From: Cyanophora paradoxa CCMP329 | Lineage: Eukaryota; Plantae; Glaucophyta | Assembly (NCBI GenBank): GCA_004431415.1 | Contig: QPMI01000435.1 | Location: 124,001 to 188,000, forward strand | Reading direction: 5' to 3' | Length of the DNA stretch: 64,000 nt | Shown: positions 23,377 through 34,475 of the stretch, piece by piece | How positions within the stretch are numbered: position 1 is the first letter of the stretch | How the letters are laid out: every line of letters begins with the position of its first letter | Notes under the pieces: generated by a model | Told to the model about the DNA's origin: nothing | Databases searched by the model: none | Seen by the model: only the letters and a program-made list of their open reading frames with translations | Position numbers and translations under genes: made by a program

Positions 23377-23665
23377 CCGTATAACACAATATTAATGCGC
23401 TCAATATTAATGCGTTTTTGGATCCGGACCCCTCTCAGGGGCCCTCTGGTGGCTAATACACTGGCTATTAATGCGGCACCAAATTAATGCGCATGCCGCG
23501 CAGTGCGTTTTGAAGCCTTTTGGCTGGGTATGGGGAGGTACAGACCGTAGTTTTCTTAGCGCTTCAATATTAATGCGCCCCCAAATTAATGCGTTTTGCC
23601 GGCAGAAAACGCATTAAATTGGGGGCGCATTAATATTATGCGCGCACTAATATTCTGTTATACGG
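23377..23665. mobile_element. Non-autonomous Tc1/mariner-superfamily (Tc2/pogo-like) MITE, 289 bp, TA target-site duplication
   Basis: Left end TA|CCGTATAACACAATATTAATGCGC; right end GCGCACTAATATTCTGTTATACGG|TA (24-bp TIR, 2 mismatches). The motif ATTAATGCG repeats internally in both orientations. AT-rich island. Confidence 0.85.
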
Positions 23666-24740
23666 TAGGCTACTAGGCTAGTATCGCGAGCCTGATATCG
23701 ATGATCGATCATGCCCGGCGGCCAACGCCGGCCATGATGAGTTGCCGCGCTTGGCGCCATGCGGGCCGGCGGCCATCGATCATGCCCGGCGGCCAACGCC
23801 TTTAGTGAGCGATAAAACTTTGTTACTTCGCTCAAAAAGTTTTAGTACTATAAATATGCAGCCCACTAAATATTTCTGGTTCTCCAGTACGTAGTTCCGA
23901 AGTTCGCCGATCGATATCCGATGATCGCGAATCGCGATTCGCGAGGCTGATATCGACATCGCGCGCCGACTCGGCGAGTCGCGCTCATGAGTTGCACAAC
24001 TTGCAGTCTTGCACTCGAGTTGCCGCTTAGCCAAGTTAGCACAGCAGCTGCAGCCAGCCTTGCGCTGCTTAACGCTTCTCCCGGCTCTCAGAGAGCCTCG
24101 GAGAGTCCCGCAGCTTCTTCGAAAGACTGATTCCTTCCGACGCTGAAGTTCCGAGGTTCAGCAGATCCAAAAGCTTGCCGCGCGGCTCAGCGGCTGTTCT
24201 CCGCTGAATTCGTATACGTATACTCTTGCCTGGAAGGTTGCTGGACATGCTTATCATTTGCATAGTATGGTCATCCCATGGCTAGCTGCAGCAGCGCTAG
24301 CGCGGCTTGCATTGAACATGCATATGAGCACGCGTATATATACGTAGCTGGCTGTAGAGCCGCATGCGCAGCATCTAGATCTGCAGTTGCGAGGCTGCCG
24401 CGCCGCGTACGTATATATACGAAGCTGGTGCTCCAGCTGCAGCGCTAGCGTGCGCGCGGCCCGCAGCTGTGGCACTGCATCCGCATCCGCGGCGATTCCG
24501 CGACAGCCGCTGAGCTGGTACGTACTACGGTATATATGTATATGCAGTATTAAATATTACTGGTTCATTGCAATCGGCATAGCAAATTAAACGTTAACAG
24601 CCTGGTGCCGGCCCGGCAGTGGGCCGGCAGTGGCCCGGCACATGTACACTGCTCTGCATGCATATGCGCATCGATATCTGATGATCATGATCTGCAGTGG
24701 ATAATCTGCTAAAGCGAATTGCATCTCCGCAGACTTGACC

Positions 24741-27700
24741 ATGGACCTCCCGATCCCTACGGCCGCGGATTCAGAAATTGACCACGAGGACGCTTTGACG
24801 GTTGAAGCAACCGCCAGCTGCAGCCACAACGGGGCTATCGATATCGATCATGATCACGAGGGGTCTCTGATCTTGCCGGCGCACGTTTCGTTCAGACGGG
24901 CGGCACCGGCAATGAGCGCCTCATCGCCTAGATCCAGTCAGAAATCGGCTCCGAGTGTCGGCAAGTGGCTCAAAGAAACGCGTTCCATTGCAGCGAAACG
25001 GAGCGGTACAGCGCGAGAAGCAGGCGCGTCGACTGTCGGCGCTGGCGGCTCTGGCTCGCGGAGAAGCATCGATCGCGAGCCGCCTGCACTGCCAATGCCC
25101 TCAGTGGTGAGCGCGCGGCGGATCGCATCTCTCAACGTGGTTTCTACCGCCTCGAACGCAATGACGGCCAACGTCAACTCTTTTGCCGCATCCCTCCAGG
25201 ATCCGGACTTGTTCGACGACGTCAGCGATCGCGACCTGCAGCTGACTGCATCCGCTGCCGTTCTCTTCCGTGATCCCGACGCGGGCTCCAACAGCCCGCC
25301 GTCTGCAGCTGGAGATGCATGCGGAGACTGCGCATCGCCGGTTTCTCGAAAGCGCGTGTCTATTATTTCCGTGCAAGATGCCGTTGTCCTCCAGCTCGAG
25401 AGACCGCAGTCGAGCACGCGCAGAGACTCCGTCGAGCTCGACGTGCCGTTGCCGCCCTCCTCGTCGGCAGCGTTTGCAATTGCGTCTCCGACGGAGGCTC
25501 GAGCTGCCAGCGTGGTCGCCAGGCCAAGCCTACGGCGGCGTAACTCGAGCGGAGCCTGCCTCGGGAGGGAGATCATCGGCCGCGGCGCACGCGGTGAGGG
25601 CGAGGTGGTCTCGCGGACGTTCGAGGCGGAGTGGGACGAGCAAGAGAAAGGAGCGCCCATGACCATGGCGAGGCGATTGACCTCCGGAAGCAACCTTCTG
25701 GACATCGTAGCGCGGAGAGAGTCCACGCTGTCGAGCCCCCAGCCGCTGTCTCCCCACTCGCGTATTGCCTCCGGACAAGACCTCCGGATCCCGAGCGATC
25801 TGTGCGACGATGTCACCTATATAGCTATTTTGACGCCGGCGCCGGCGCCCACGTCAACCCGGCCCCCGCTGATTCACATTTGTCGTTCCCGCAGGTTTGC
25901 CTGCCGCGGGAGTCCTCGTCTGAAGTTATGCGGCCAATTGCAAGTGCAGCCCTCCGCGTCCCAGTCGGCAAATGATCCACAGGCAAGGGGACGCGCTCAT
26001 CGGAATTCCGGATCCAAGTTAGGCGCCGCGGCCGGCAAACCGCGGCATGCGATTGCGCGCTGGTGGAACGGAATTAGCCTGCGTTCGAAGCACTTCTCAA
26101 TCATTTTCATGGCCCAGACAGGGCTTCTTCGTGCGCACAATGATCCTTCGTTTGCTGTCAGCATTATTATTCGAATTCTTATTCTCGAGCTCGCTTTGCC
26201 AGTCACCATTGGCCTTTTGGTGTTCGCCTTCTTCAACTGGCGGTGAGTTTGACTTCTGCAGTCTTTCCAGATCGAAAATTAAATCTCCGGTTTCGATTCA
26301 TGATATCGATCCGCTGGAACTGCCGCCCCGCGCCGATTGTGACCCGCTCGGCTCTTGCAGTGTTCCAGAGATTCATGTACAGGAGCAGGCGAGGCTGGAG
26401 CTCTCCCACCTTAAGACCGCTGTTGCAGTTGCGGTGAAGGTGCTCGCGCGTGCGGTCGAGTTTACACAGCTGCAGTCTTGCGCGTCGAGATCTGATCACA
26501 AGCACAAACGTGCAGACACACGTCTCTTACAGAGATGCGATTGAAGAGACTCTGGCCGAGTTCCGGGAAGGTTACGCTGCCGTGTATACGATGCACATGC
26601 CCTACCCATGGCCAGTTGCTTCCGATCGGCTGCCGCAGCTGGCCTCGTCATTACTACTGCACACCTCCGAAGGTGAGCTCCAGCTAATGCTGCTTCCTTC
26701 TCATATAATTACACAAAGCGAGCTTTGTTTCGATCCTTGCGATTGGCGCAGCGCAATTGCAACCCATGGCCAGTGTCGACGTCGAGGTTGCTGCCGACGT
26801 AATGCAGTCGCTGTTATCCCAGCTTGCCAAGGGCGCTCCATCTGCCGAGGGCAGGTGGAACCCGGGCGGGGGGGAGATGCTGGTCCAGGCTGCCGTGCAG
26901 AGCAGCGCGACCCAAGGGCAGTCCCTCCTCGTGGTGCGCTCATGATCATGATCATGGCTCGAGATCGCTCCAGCTCGCGATTTGAAATGCGTCGTTCCAC
27001 AAGCGGCGCTCACATTCCATATGCATGTACGTGTACAGGTCCGAGGAACGCAATCGCTGCCGGCGGTAGACTCCACGCGGCGCGCGCTGTTTGTCGCCAT
27101 CTGCATTGCACTGCCCGTGCTCCTGCTCGCCAGCGGGGTGATGGCGTTTCTGCTCGGCCACGCCCTGGTCAAGCCTATCCGCCGCCTTCAATGTGCGGAC
27201 AAACTTCGCCCGTGGCCGCTTATGTGATAGAGCTTAAGCATCTGACTTGTTCCCGGCGAAACGCGCTGCAGTAACCGTCGAAGCGCTCTCTGGCTACGAC
27301 GGGACTCGTGGAAACTCTTACGAACATCACAGCAAGGTTTGCTTTCAAAAACAAGAGGCTATAGCCAGATGAGCGGTATAAATATATAATATAATAATTG
27401 GTGTGGTTCTGCAGATCCAGCTACAGGGGTGCGGGACGCGCGCCGTCGTGGAGTCGGGAGACGAGATCGGCCGCTTGGCGCTCTCTTTCAACGGCCTAAT
27501 GGATCGTGTCGATGAGGTGCACCTTCCGCAGCTCGTATATAAACACCAGTATTATGTCAGCTAGCTATAGAATTTTAATTTGGTGTCCGGCTCGGCTCAT
27601 ATTCCTGTTCTTGCGCGCGCAGGCCTGGAAGGACATCCGCGGCTTGCTGAAGCAGGCGGCCATCGAAGAGTTTCGCGCCCGGCAGATCATGGACACCGCG

Positions 27701-30700
27701 AACGACGCCGTGGTGCGCCTCTGGCTATGGCATTGACCAAGAATTGTTTCTCTGAAGTTCGGCCACCTCTGCGCAAATCGTAGGTGCTCATCAACGGCGA
27801 TTCGATCATCCAGTCTTTAAACGGCACGTTCACCGACGTCTTCGGCTACACGGTGCGCGCCCGAGGGCGCAGTTACATAACATCATATACATAGTTTAGT
27901 CAGGATCAAAGCTCACCTCCATGTTTCTACGATTAATATATATTAAGTCCATGTTTACTTTTATTACGCAGGCGGACGAGCTGATAGGGAAGTCTGTCAA
28001 CTTGATTATGCCCCGCCGTTATGCCGATCACCACGGTGCCGACGTACCGGTCCATGCCGGCTCCTCTGCTTTTCCTTGATTGTCTGCAGAGGGCTACGTG
28101 AGGCGGTACCTGGACACGGGGGAGAGCCACATCCTGGGGACCATCCGCGAGGTGGAGGCGCTCCACAAGGACGGCCACGAGTTCCCCGTCGAGCTCTCCA
28201 TGTCGTGCGCCCGCCCGTGGCCGCGCTCGGCCAGCGCTGTCTCTCTTCCACCCGACGCAAACCTTTCCATTGACATGGCGTGAACGTTATCCGCCTCGCC
28301 TCGCAGGGAAATGATCATCGGCAAAGAGCACTTGTGCGTCTGCCCGGGTCTCTGAATGCGCATGCAGAGATCTGGTGTGTGTCCTGATCCGTCGCGTCTC
28401 GCACGTCCGCGCAGCTTCGTGGGCATGCTGCGGGACATCTCGGCACGCAAGGACATGGAGGCGGCCCTCCGCAAGCAGCGCTCGAAGACGCTAGCGCTGC
28501 TGCGGAACATGCTGCCGCCCCGCATCGCGCAGCGCCTGATGGACTCGCCCAACGAGAGCATCGCCGACCGCTGCGAGAACGTCACCATCCTCTTTGCCGA
28601 TATCGGTGCGCCCGAGTTTTGCTCGCGCGTGTTCAATCTGTTGTCTGCTTCAAATTAAAAGACGCTTACTTTGTTGTTGCGCAGTGGGATTCACTCCTCT
28701 GGCGGGTGGTATGGACGCGGGCAAGCTTGTCTCGCTGTTGAACGCCATCTTCTCGGAATTCGACGTGCTCGCCGCGCAATACCAAGTCGAGAAAATAAAG
28801 ACTATCGTGCGCTCTCACCCGCAATCACGCTCCAATTCGCCCGTTGGGCCGGAGTGCACGTGATAGGGAGCTCACCTTATCGCAGGGGGACGCGATTATG
28901 TGTGCGGCGGGGCTGAAGGACACGACGGAGCGGCCGTTGAGCGCGGGCGGTAACGGCGGGACCGACGAGAGCGGTCTGGAGCGGATGGCGGTGCGCTCTA
29001 AGCCTGAGCGTGGGACGCGCCTAACTGCTGCGCCGAGTTCGAATTGACCACATCCGACGCAGCGCATGGCGTTGGAGATGCACGAAGTCGTCGCGCAGCG
29101 GAGAGACGCCGACGGGAACCCGCTGAGGCTGCGTATCGGGATTCATCATGGCGTTGTTGTCGCGGGGTCCGTTGCATGATAACATCGCAATTGGGACCGA
29201 TTTATGCGCCGAGGCCTTCGTCGAGGCTGATGATCATGTGCGTGCGCAGCGTGATCGGCAAGAAGAAATTCTTGTTCGACTTGGTGCGCCGTCGTGTGCG
29301 ACTGCGCGACTGCGCTGGTTCGACTTGCACATGCATATGCTGATTCTGAATCGTGTGCATTTTGCAGTGGGGCGACGACGTGAACATGGCAAGGTAATTC
29401 TGCGCGCGCCTTAACGCCTCAAGCTCCATTTTCACTGTAATCGTTCGCGCGCTTTAATTCTCTCAGTCGTCTGGAGAGCTCGGGCGTGCCGGGTAAGACG
29501 CAGGTCAGCATGGACGTGCACACCCGGCTGAAGGATTCGCCGTTCTTCACCTTCGGTGAGCATCGTTTCAATTATTCATGATCAGCATCGATATCGATAA
29601 CGCATGCATATGCATCTTCATATGTCGTAAGCTTGGTCTGAGTTTCCCGCTTTGACAGAGGAACGCGGTGCCGTATTCATCAAAGGCAAAGGAGGCGAGC
29701 TTGCAACTGTTTCGACTTCTCATTTAAATTGTCCGTGTTTCGCAGACTGACCCAGTTTTTGTACGTTCCTTGCCCCGCAGACATGCAAACGTTCCTGCTC
29801 TCTGCAGGACCAGCGTTCCAGCCAGCAAGGTCCCGCACCAGCCATGCGCCGCTGGAGCGAAGGTGGCATTCTCCGTGACACATCCTCCTCGTTTCTCTAA
29901 ACGCTTCTCTGAACGATGTTTGCGGTCTTCGAATTCTGCGCGCAGTGACAGCATGTCCGCCCAATTAACTTCCATCAACAAGTCCATTGTCTCGGCCTGG
30001 CAGGTGCACTTGCAATTGGCCGATGCCGCGCTGGAAATCCCGTGGCTCCGGCCAGTGCGTTTTCTGACGTCGACGTTGGCGCCGACAGGAGCTGCGCAGC
30101 GTCGCCATCGGAAGCAACGAGAGCACTGCGAATGCGGACATGCTCCAGTCGCTCCGCGTGGTCACGCGGCGCCACAAGGCGCGCCGGGAGACGATACTGC
30201 GGCTCGACCTGGCGAGCATCTCCGTGTTCGACCTGCAGGAGGAGGACGGCCCGGCGCTCTTCCGCCGCCTCGTCGAGGACCTCGGGGTGCGAGCGGCTCC
30301 TCCAGCTCACACTGCTCGTGCGGTGAGGTATCAGGGCACACATAACCCCTCCGGGACTTCTGCAGCTGGACAAGGCGCTCGGGCTGGACCTGAACATGGT
30401 CGAGGAGCTCGCCGACCACGCGCTGCGCGACCACCGCGAAGTCCCGGTGAGCGCTCTCTTCGAGTTCGATTCGAGTGCTTGCGCTTGGTCTGGAAGACCG
30501 GCGTAACTCTTGCATTTGCAACGGGCAGTACCACAACAGGCTCCACGCGATGGACGTGTCGCTCACGACGCACGCGCTGCTGAAGTCCAGCAAGGCGGCC
30601 GAGCCCGGGCAGCACCCGCACGCCGTCCACGCTGCCGGCGCCGCGCCGCACGAGATCCGGCTGACGGAGATCGACCGGCTCGCTCTGATGCTCGCCGCCG

Positions 30701-32148
30701 TGTGTCACGGTGCGACACTGATAATGATAATTATGTCCTGACTTTGCATAATCGAGCATCGAGCTTATGCGTTGTCGCGCGCGCACGCACCAGACCTCGA
30801 CCACCCAGGGCTTCTGAAAAAGCACCCGAAGCTACAAGCGCTGGCCTCGATGACATCAGTCGAGGCGGCCGCAAAGCTCGAGCGCTCTTTCAGGAACAGG
30901 CCGCGCAGCCGCCAGTCGCTCGAGGCGCACCACGCTAACCGCTGCGTCGAGCTGCTCGAGAGGCACCTCCGGGCCATCGCCCCCTCCCTTATCGACGCTG
31001 AGATCCTCCACATTCAGAAGGTGCGACGAATTCGACGCTTTTTTCGAGATCCTCGATGCATCGCCATTGGACGACGTTTGCAGTTATCGACTTCTGATAT
31101 CGAATTGCGCAGCTGGCGTTGGAGAGCATCCTTGACACGAACATGGACATCCATGAGGTAACTACGTATATATATACACAATCACGATGGCAGACATTCG
31201 CTTGCTTACAATTAGGAGATGGAGCTCGAGAGAGTCTGACTGTGGACTTCGCCTCCGCAGGAGTTCATGGCCCGCTTCAAGGCGTTCTTCTCTATCGATC
31301 GCAATGTCGACGTCGCGGGCTCGAGCTCCGGCACGGGATCGATATCGGGCACTGGAGCAGCAGCGAACGGATCGGGGGCGCCCGCGCCGACGCCGACGCA
31401 GGAGGCGGCAGCTGCGGATGCGGCTGCGGCTGCAGGGGGCCAATTGCAGCCGCACGGCACGGACGTCATGCAGCACCTGAACCTGGGCGCTGACACCGCC
31501 GCCGGCGTCGACGTCGGGGAGGTCGCGGACGTCGACGGCGCCGACGGCGACGCTGGCGGCGACCGGCTGTACGCGGGGCGGCAGCTCCTGTGCGGCGCCA
31601 TCCTCAAGGTCGCCGACCTCGGGTGCGCCGCCGATGCTCCCGAGCCCTCTAACTAATTGCATTCCACTCGCAACTGGCATGGCTCGTTCATGCCTGTACG
31701 TGCACAGGAACGCTGCGCGCCCGTTCGCGGACGCGCGGCGCTGGGCGCGGCGCATCGTGCTGGAGCTGGGCCTCGCGTCGGCGGCGGCGTCGGGGTCGGG
31801 GTCGGCGTCGGGCGGGGCGAGCTGCGGGCCGGAGGCGGACCTGTCGGGGGAGGGCCCCCTCTCGGACGAGGCGCTGGCGGGGCCGCAGGACGCCTTCCTC
31901 CGCCGCGTCGCCCTGCCCCTTTTCGAGACCGTCGCCCGCATCCTCCCCGAGGTCCGCCCTGTTCCGGCCCGGCCCGCAAGCAAGCTTAGCTTAAGCCGCC
32001 CCTCGGAATCGAACTCGCGCGGGGGCTAACCGGCGGGCAGGCCGTGCGGCCGATGCTGGAGCGGGCGGCGGTGAACGCCGACGCGTGGAGCTCCCTCAAG
32101 AGGCGCTCCGACGAGGAGAGCGGCCGTGCCAACCTGTGCGAGATTTAG
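24741..32148 (+). CDS. Membrane receptor adenylate cyclase-phosphodiesterase fusion: disordered N-terminus, TM, extracytoplasmic sensor, TM, HAMP, FixL-type PAS, class III adenylate cyclase, class I PDE (spliced)
   Basis: TM1 at ~26170-26240 and TM2 at ~27080-27170. HAMP LVKPIRRL...GDEIGRLALSFNGLM. PAS ...VFGYT|ADELIGKSVNLIMPPRYADHHEGYVRRYLDTGESHILGTIREV. Cyclase FADI|VGFT, EKIKTI|GDA, LRIGIHHG, FDL|WGDDVNMA|SRLES, IKGKG. PDE YHNRLHAMDV, CHDLDHPG, LEAHH, KVADLG|N, PQDAFL. Stop TAG at 32146-32148. Confidence 0.88.
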
Positions 32149-33906
32149 CGTAGGCGCCTTTCCGACGGTCTGGCCGCAATCTCCTTCAGCACGGCCGATC
32201 TAGATCTAAGTCTGCTGTCCGAGTTGCAGCTTGCAATTTTCTGATATCGTTTTCAATGTACCTATATATATAGAAGTCTTTCCCGCTCTTTGATTTGTCT
32301 AGCTTTCCATCGAATTCGTTCTATATATATGATCATGATGTTCGACATCGATGATCAGCAACATTTGCCTCATTTTCATGCGACATCGCGTTTTCTGCTT
32401 CGGGTCTACGGTCGAGCTCGTAAATGCGCGCGTCAACGTCACATCTTGATCCTGCAGGCCTTTTGCTAGGATCCGGATCATGTAATCAATAATGCCGATG
32501 CGTTAGTATTGTATCTTTCTCGCTTCGACGGTCCCCCACAGCCCCTGTGTCTAGATCTGCTGTTTACATGTACAACTGTTCTCGCGACTGATTCTGTAGG
32601 CCTAGGTTCGAAAATTCATAGCTAGATCTTCGATTCTGGTGCGGCTTGCGATTTGATTCTGGATCCTTTTCCTCGATCGTTGTTCTCCCTCCCTGCTGTG
32701 TGGTATTCGCGTGTGCATTATGCGAATCCAACTATATAGTGCGAAGAGCACTTTTGACTTGTGCATGCATGTACGTGTGCAACTGCAGTCCTTGTCGCAT
32801 GCGCAATGTGCATGCGAGGCTCGCAATTCAACGATATCGATTCAAACAAGGTCGCCCATTTGCAAGATGGTTCGAATATTAATATAATTCGCAAGCGCTG
32901 CGAGCGCCTGGCCATGGACTGAGTTTGAATTTCTGCAAATTCGAAAATTCTTTTGGCAGCTGCCTTCTATTAATAATTCTTTTTGCGGCAGCTGCTCACG
33001 TTGCATGCCGCCCGGTGGCAGCTGCAGATGGCTGCTCGGCCCTCCTGATTAATACTAGTGGCCCGGCCGCAATTCTCGCGCCGGGGGTGCAAGGGGGGAA
33101 CCGGGATCTATTGAAAGAGTCGTAGTGGCACGCACATGCACGGGGCCGGGCAGATCTAGATCGACCCCGGCCCAGCGCGCGCGGCAGGTTGAAGTGTAAA
33201 GATAGACACAGATTATATATGATTGAAAAAAATAGGAAAGGCCCGATAAGCAGACGCTGCGATCAAACCGAATAAAGAAAAGCCTCAATGAAAGGCCAGA
33301 TTCAGCGCACTGTAAATGAAAGATTGTTCTGGAGCGAAAAAACGCTGCGCATCAACTGTGTTCGCACGGCGTACCGCTAACCCTGATCATGAACAGCTGG
33401 CTAAAAGATGATGGTGCTGTCTGCAGAGGGCTCGCCGTAAACATAGGCGATCCAGGCCTTCTGGAGGGGGTCGGGGCGGAAGTCGACCATGGGGGTGAGC
33501 GGCAGCCAGCGGCGAGCACAAACGCGACGGCGCCCGCACAAAGCCGGCCGCGCGCGAGGCCGAGCCAGGAGGCGTCTTCGGCGGAGGCAACGACGAGCCC
33601 CCCAACCGCCAGAGGCGGTCCCGAAGCCGTAGCATAAACTCGATTTCGTAGACGTACTGAACGCAGCAAGAGTCTGCCAAGAGAGCACGGTCTGGACGGC
33701 CCGGCGTGCTCGGCTGCGATCAGCGACGCAGCTAGGCAGCGGTGCAACCGGTTTTGCAGTGCAAGCTCAAGCACGAGTGCCACAAAGCGTGCTCGGCTGC
33801 GGGCAGCGGCACGTGCTCGGTACGCACTGCGGCATGCGCCGCGGCGCAGTGCTGCGATGCAAGCTTGATGCAGAGAAAAGTAGTCCAGGCGGCACGGGTA
33901 CCGTGC

Positions 33907-34121
33907 GGCGTACGCGGCGCACTGCAGCAGCGAGCTCGAGGAAGCGGAAATCTAGAGGAGACAGCTAGCTATAGGGAGAAGTGGTTCCATGCAGAACCGC
34001 GCAAGTAAGAGCAAGGCGTACGCGACGCACTGCGAGGAAGCTCAAGCCGAAATCTAGAGGAGACAGCTAGCTATAGGGAGAACTGGTTCCATGCGCATGC
34101 AGACTCTGAGAACCGCGCAAG
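33907..34121. repeat. Two-copy ~108-bp direct repeat with copy-specific short insertions
   Basis: ggcgtacgcg(g/a)cgcactgc...gaaatctagaggagacagctagctatagggagaa(g/c)tggttccatgc...gaaccgcgcaag occurs twice. Confidence 0.85.
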
Positions 34122-34333
34122 GAATTTGAAGACCGGAGTTAGAGAGAAGTTAGTTTTCCCCTCGAAAACCACTTTTTCCCCTCGACTTTGATCATGACGC
34201 TCGAAAGTCGAAAGCTGACCGGTCCACCGAGCCAATCGGATCGCGAATAAAGCAACATTTTTTTCAGGTGTTGCAAACTGGACCTCGAAAACGGCCTCAT
34301 AGAAAAATTTTGGCTGAAGCGAGGGAACGGGAA

Positions 34334-34355
34334 GCAAGGGGGGAACCCCCCTTGC
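34334..34355. other. Perfect hairpin GCAAGGGGGG-AA-CCCCCCTTGC; possible mobile-element end
   Basis: 10-bp stem with a 2-nt loop. Its first 14 nt also occur at 33089-33102. Confidence 0.6.
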
Positions 34356-34475
34356 AATTTGAAGTGCCGTCGACGCAAACAAGGGCATGAACACACGGCA
34401 TAGCTGTCCCGCGATCGGTGGCTCCGCTCTCGTTGGGCGAGTAAAGAGCAAGAGACGGGCCCGCCTCTGCCGAAA

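Noticed and set aside
22718-23487. Several 126-252-aa ORFs over the GC-only block
   Set aside because: Stop codons cannot occur without A or T; the translations are Arg/Ala/Pro/Gly noise.
32925-33125. 66-aa ORF with a signal-peptide-like hydrophobic stretch
   Set aside because: Non-ATG start, atypical codon usage and no supportable downstream exons.
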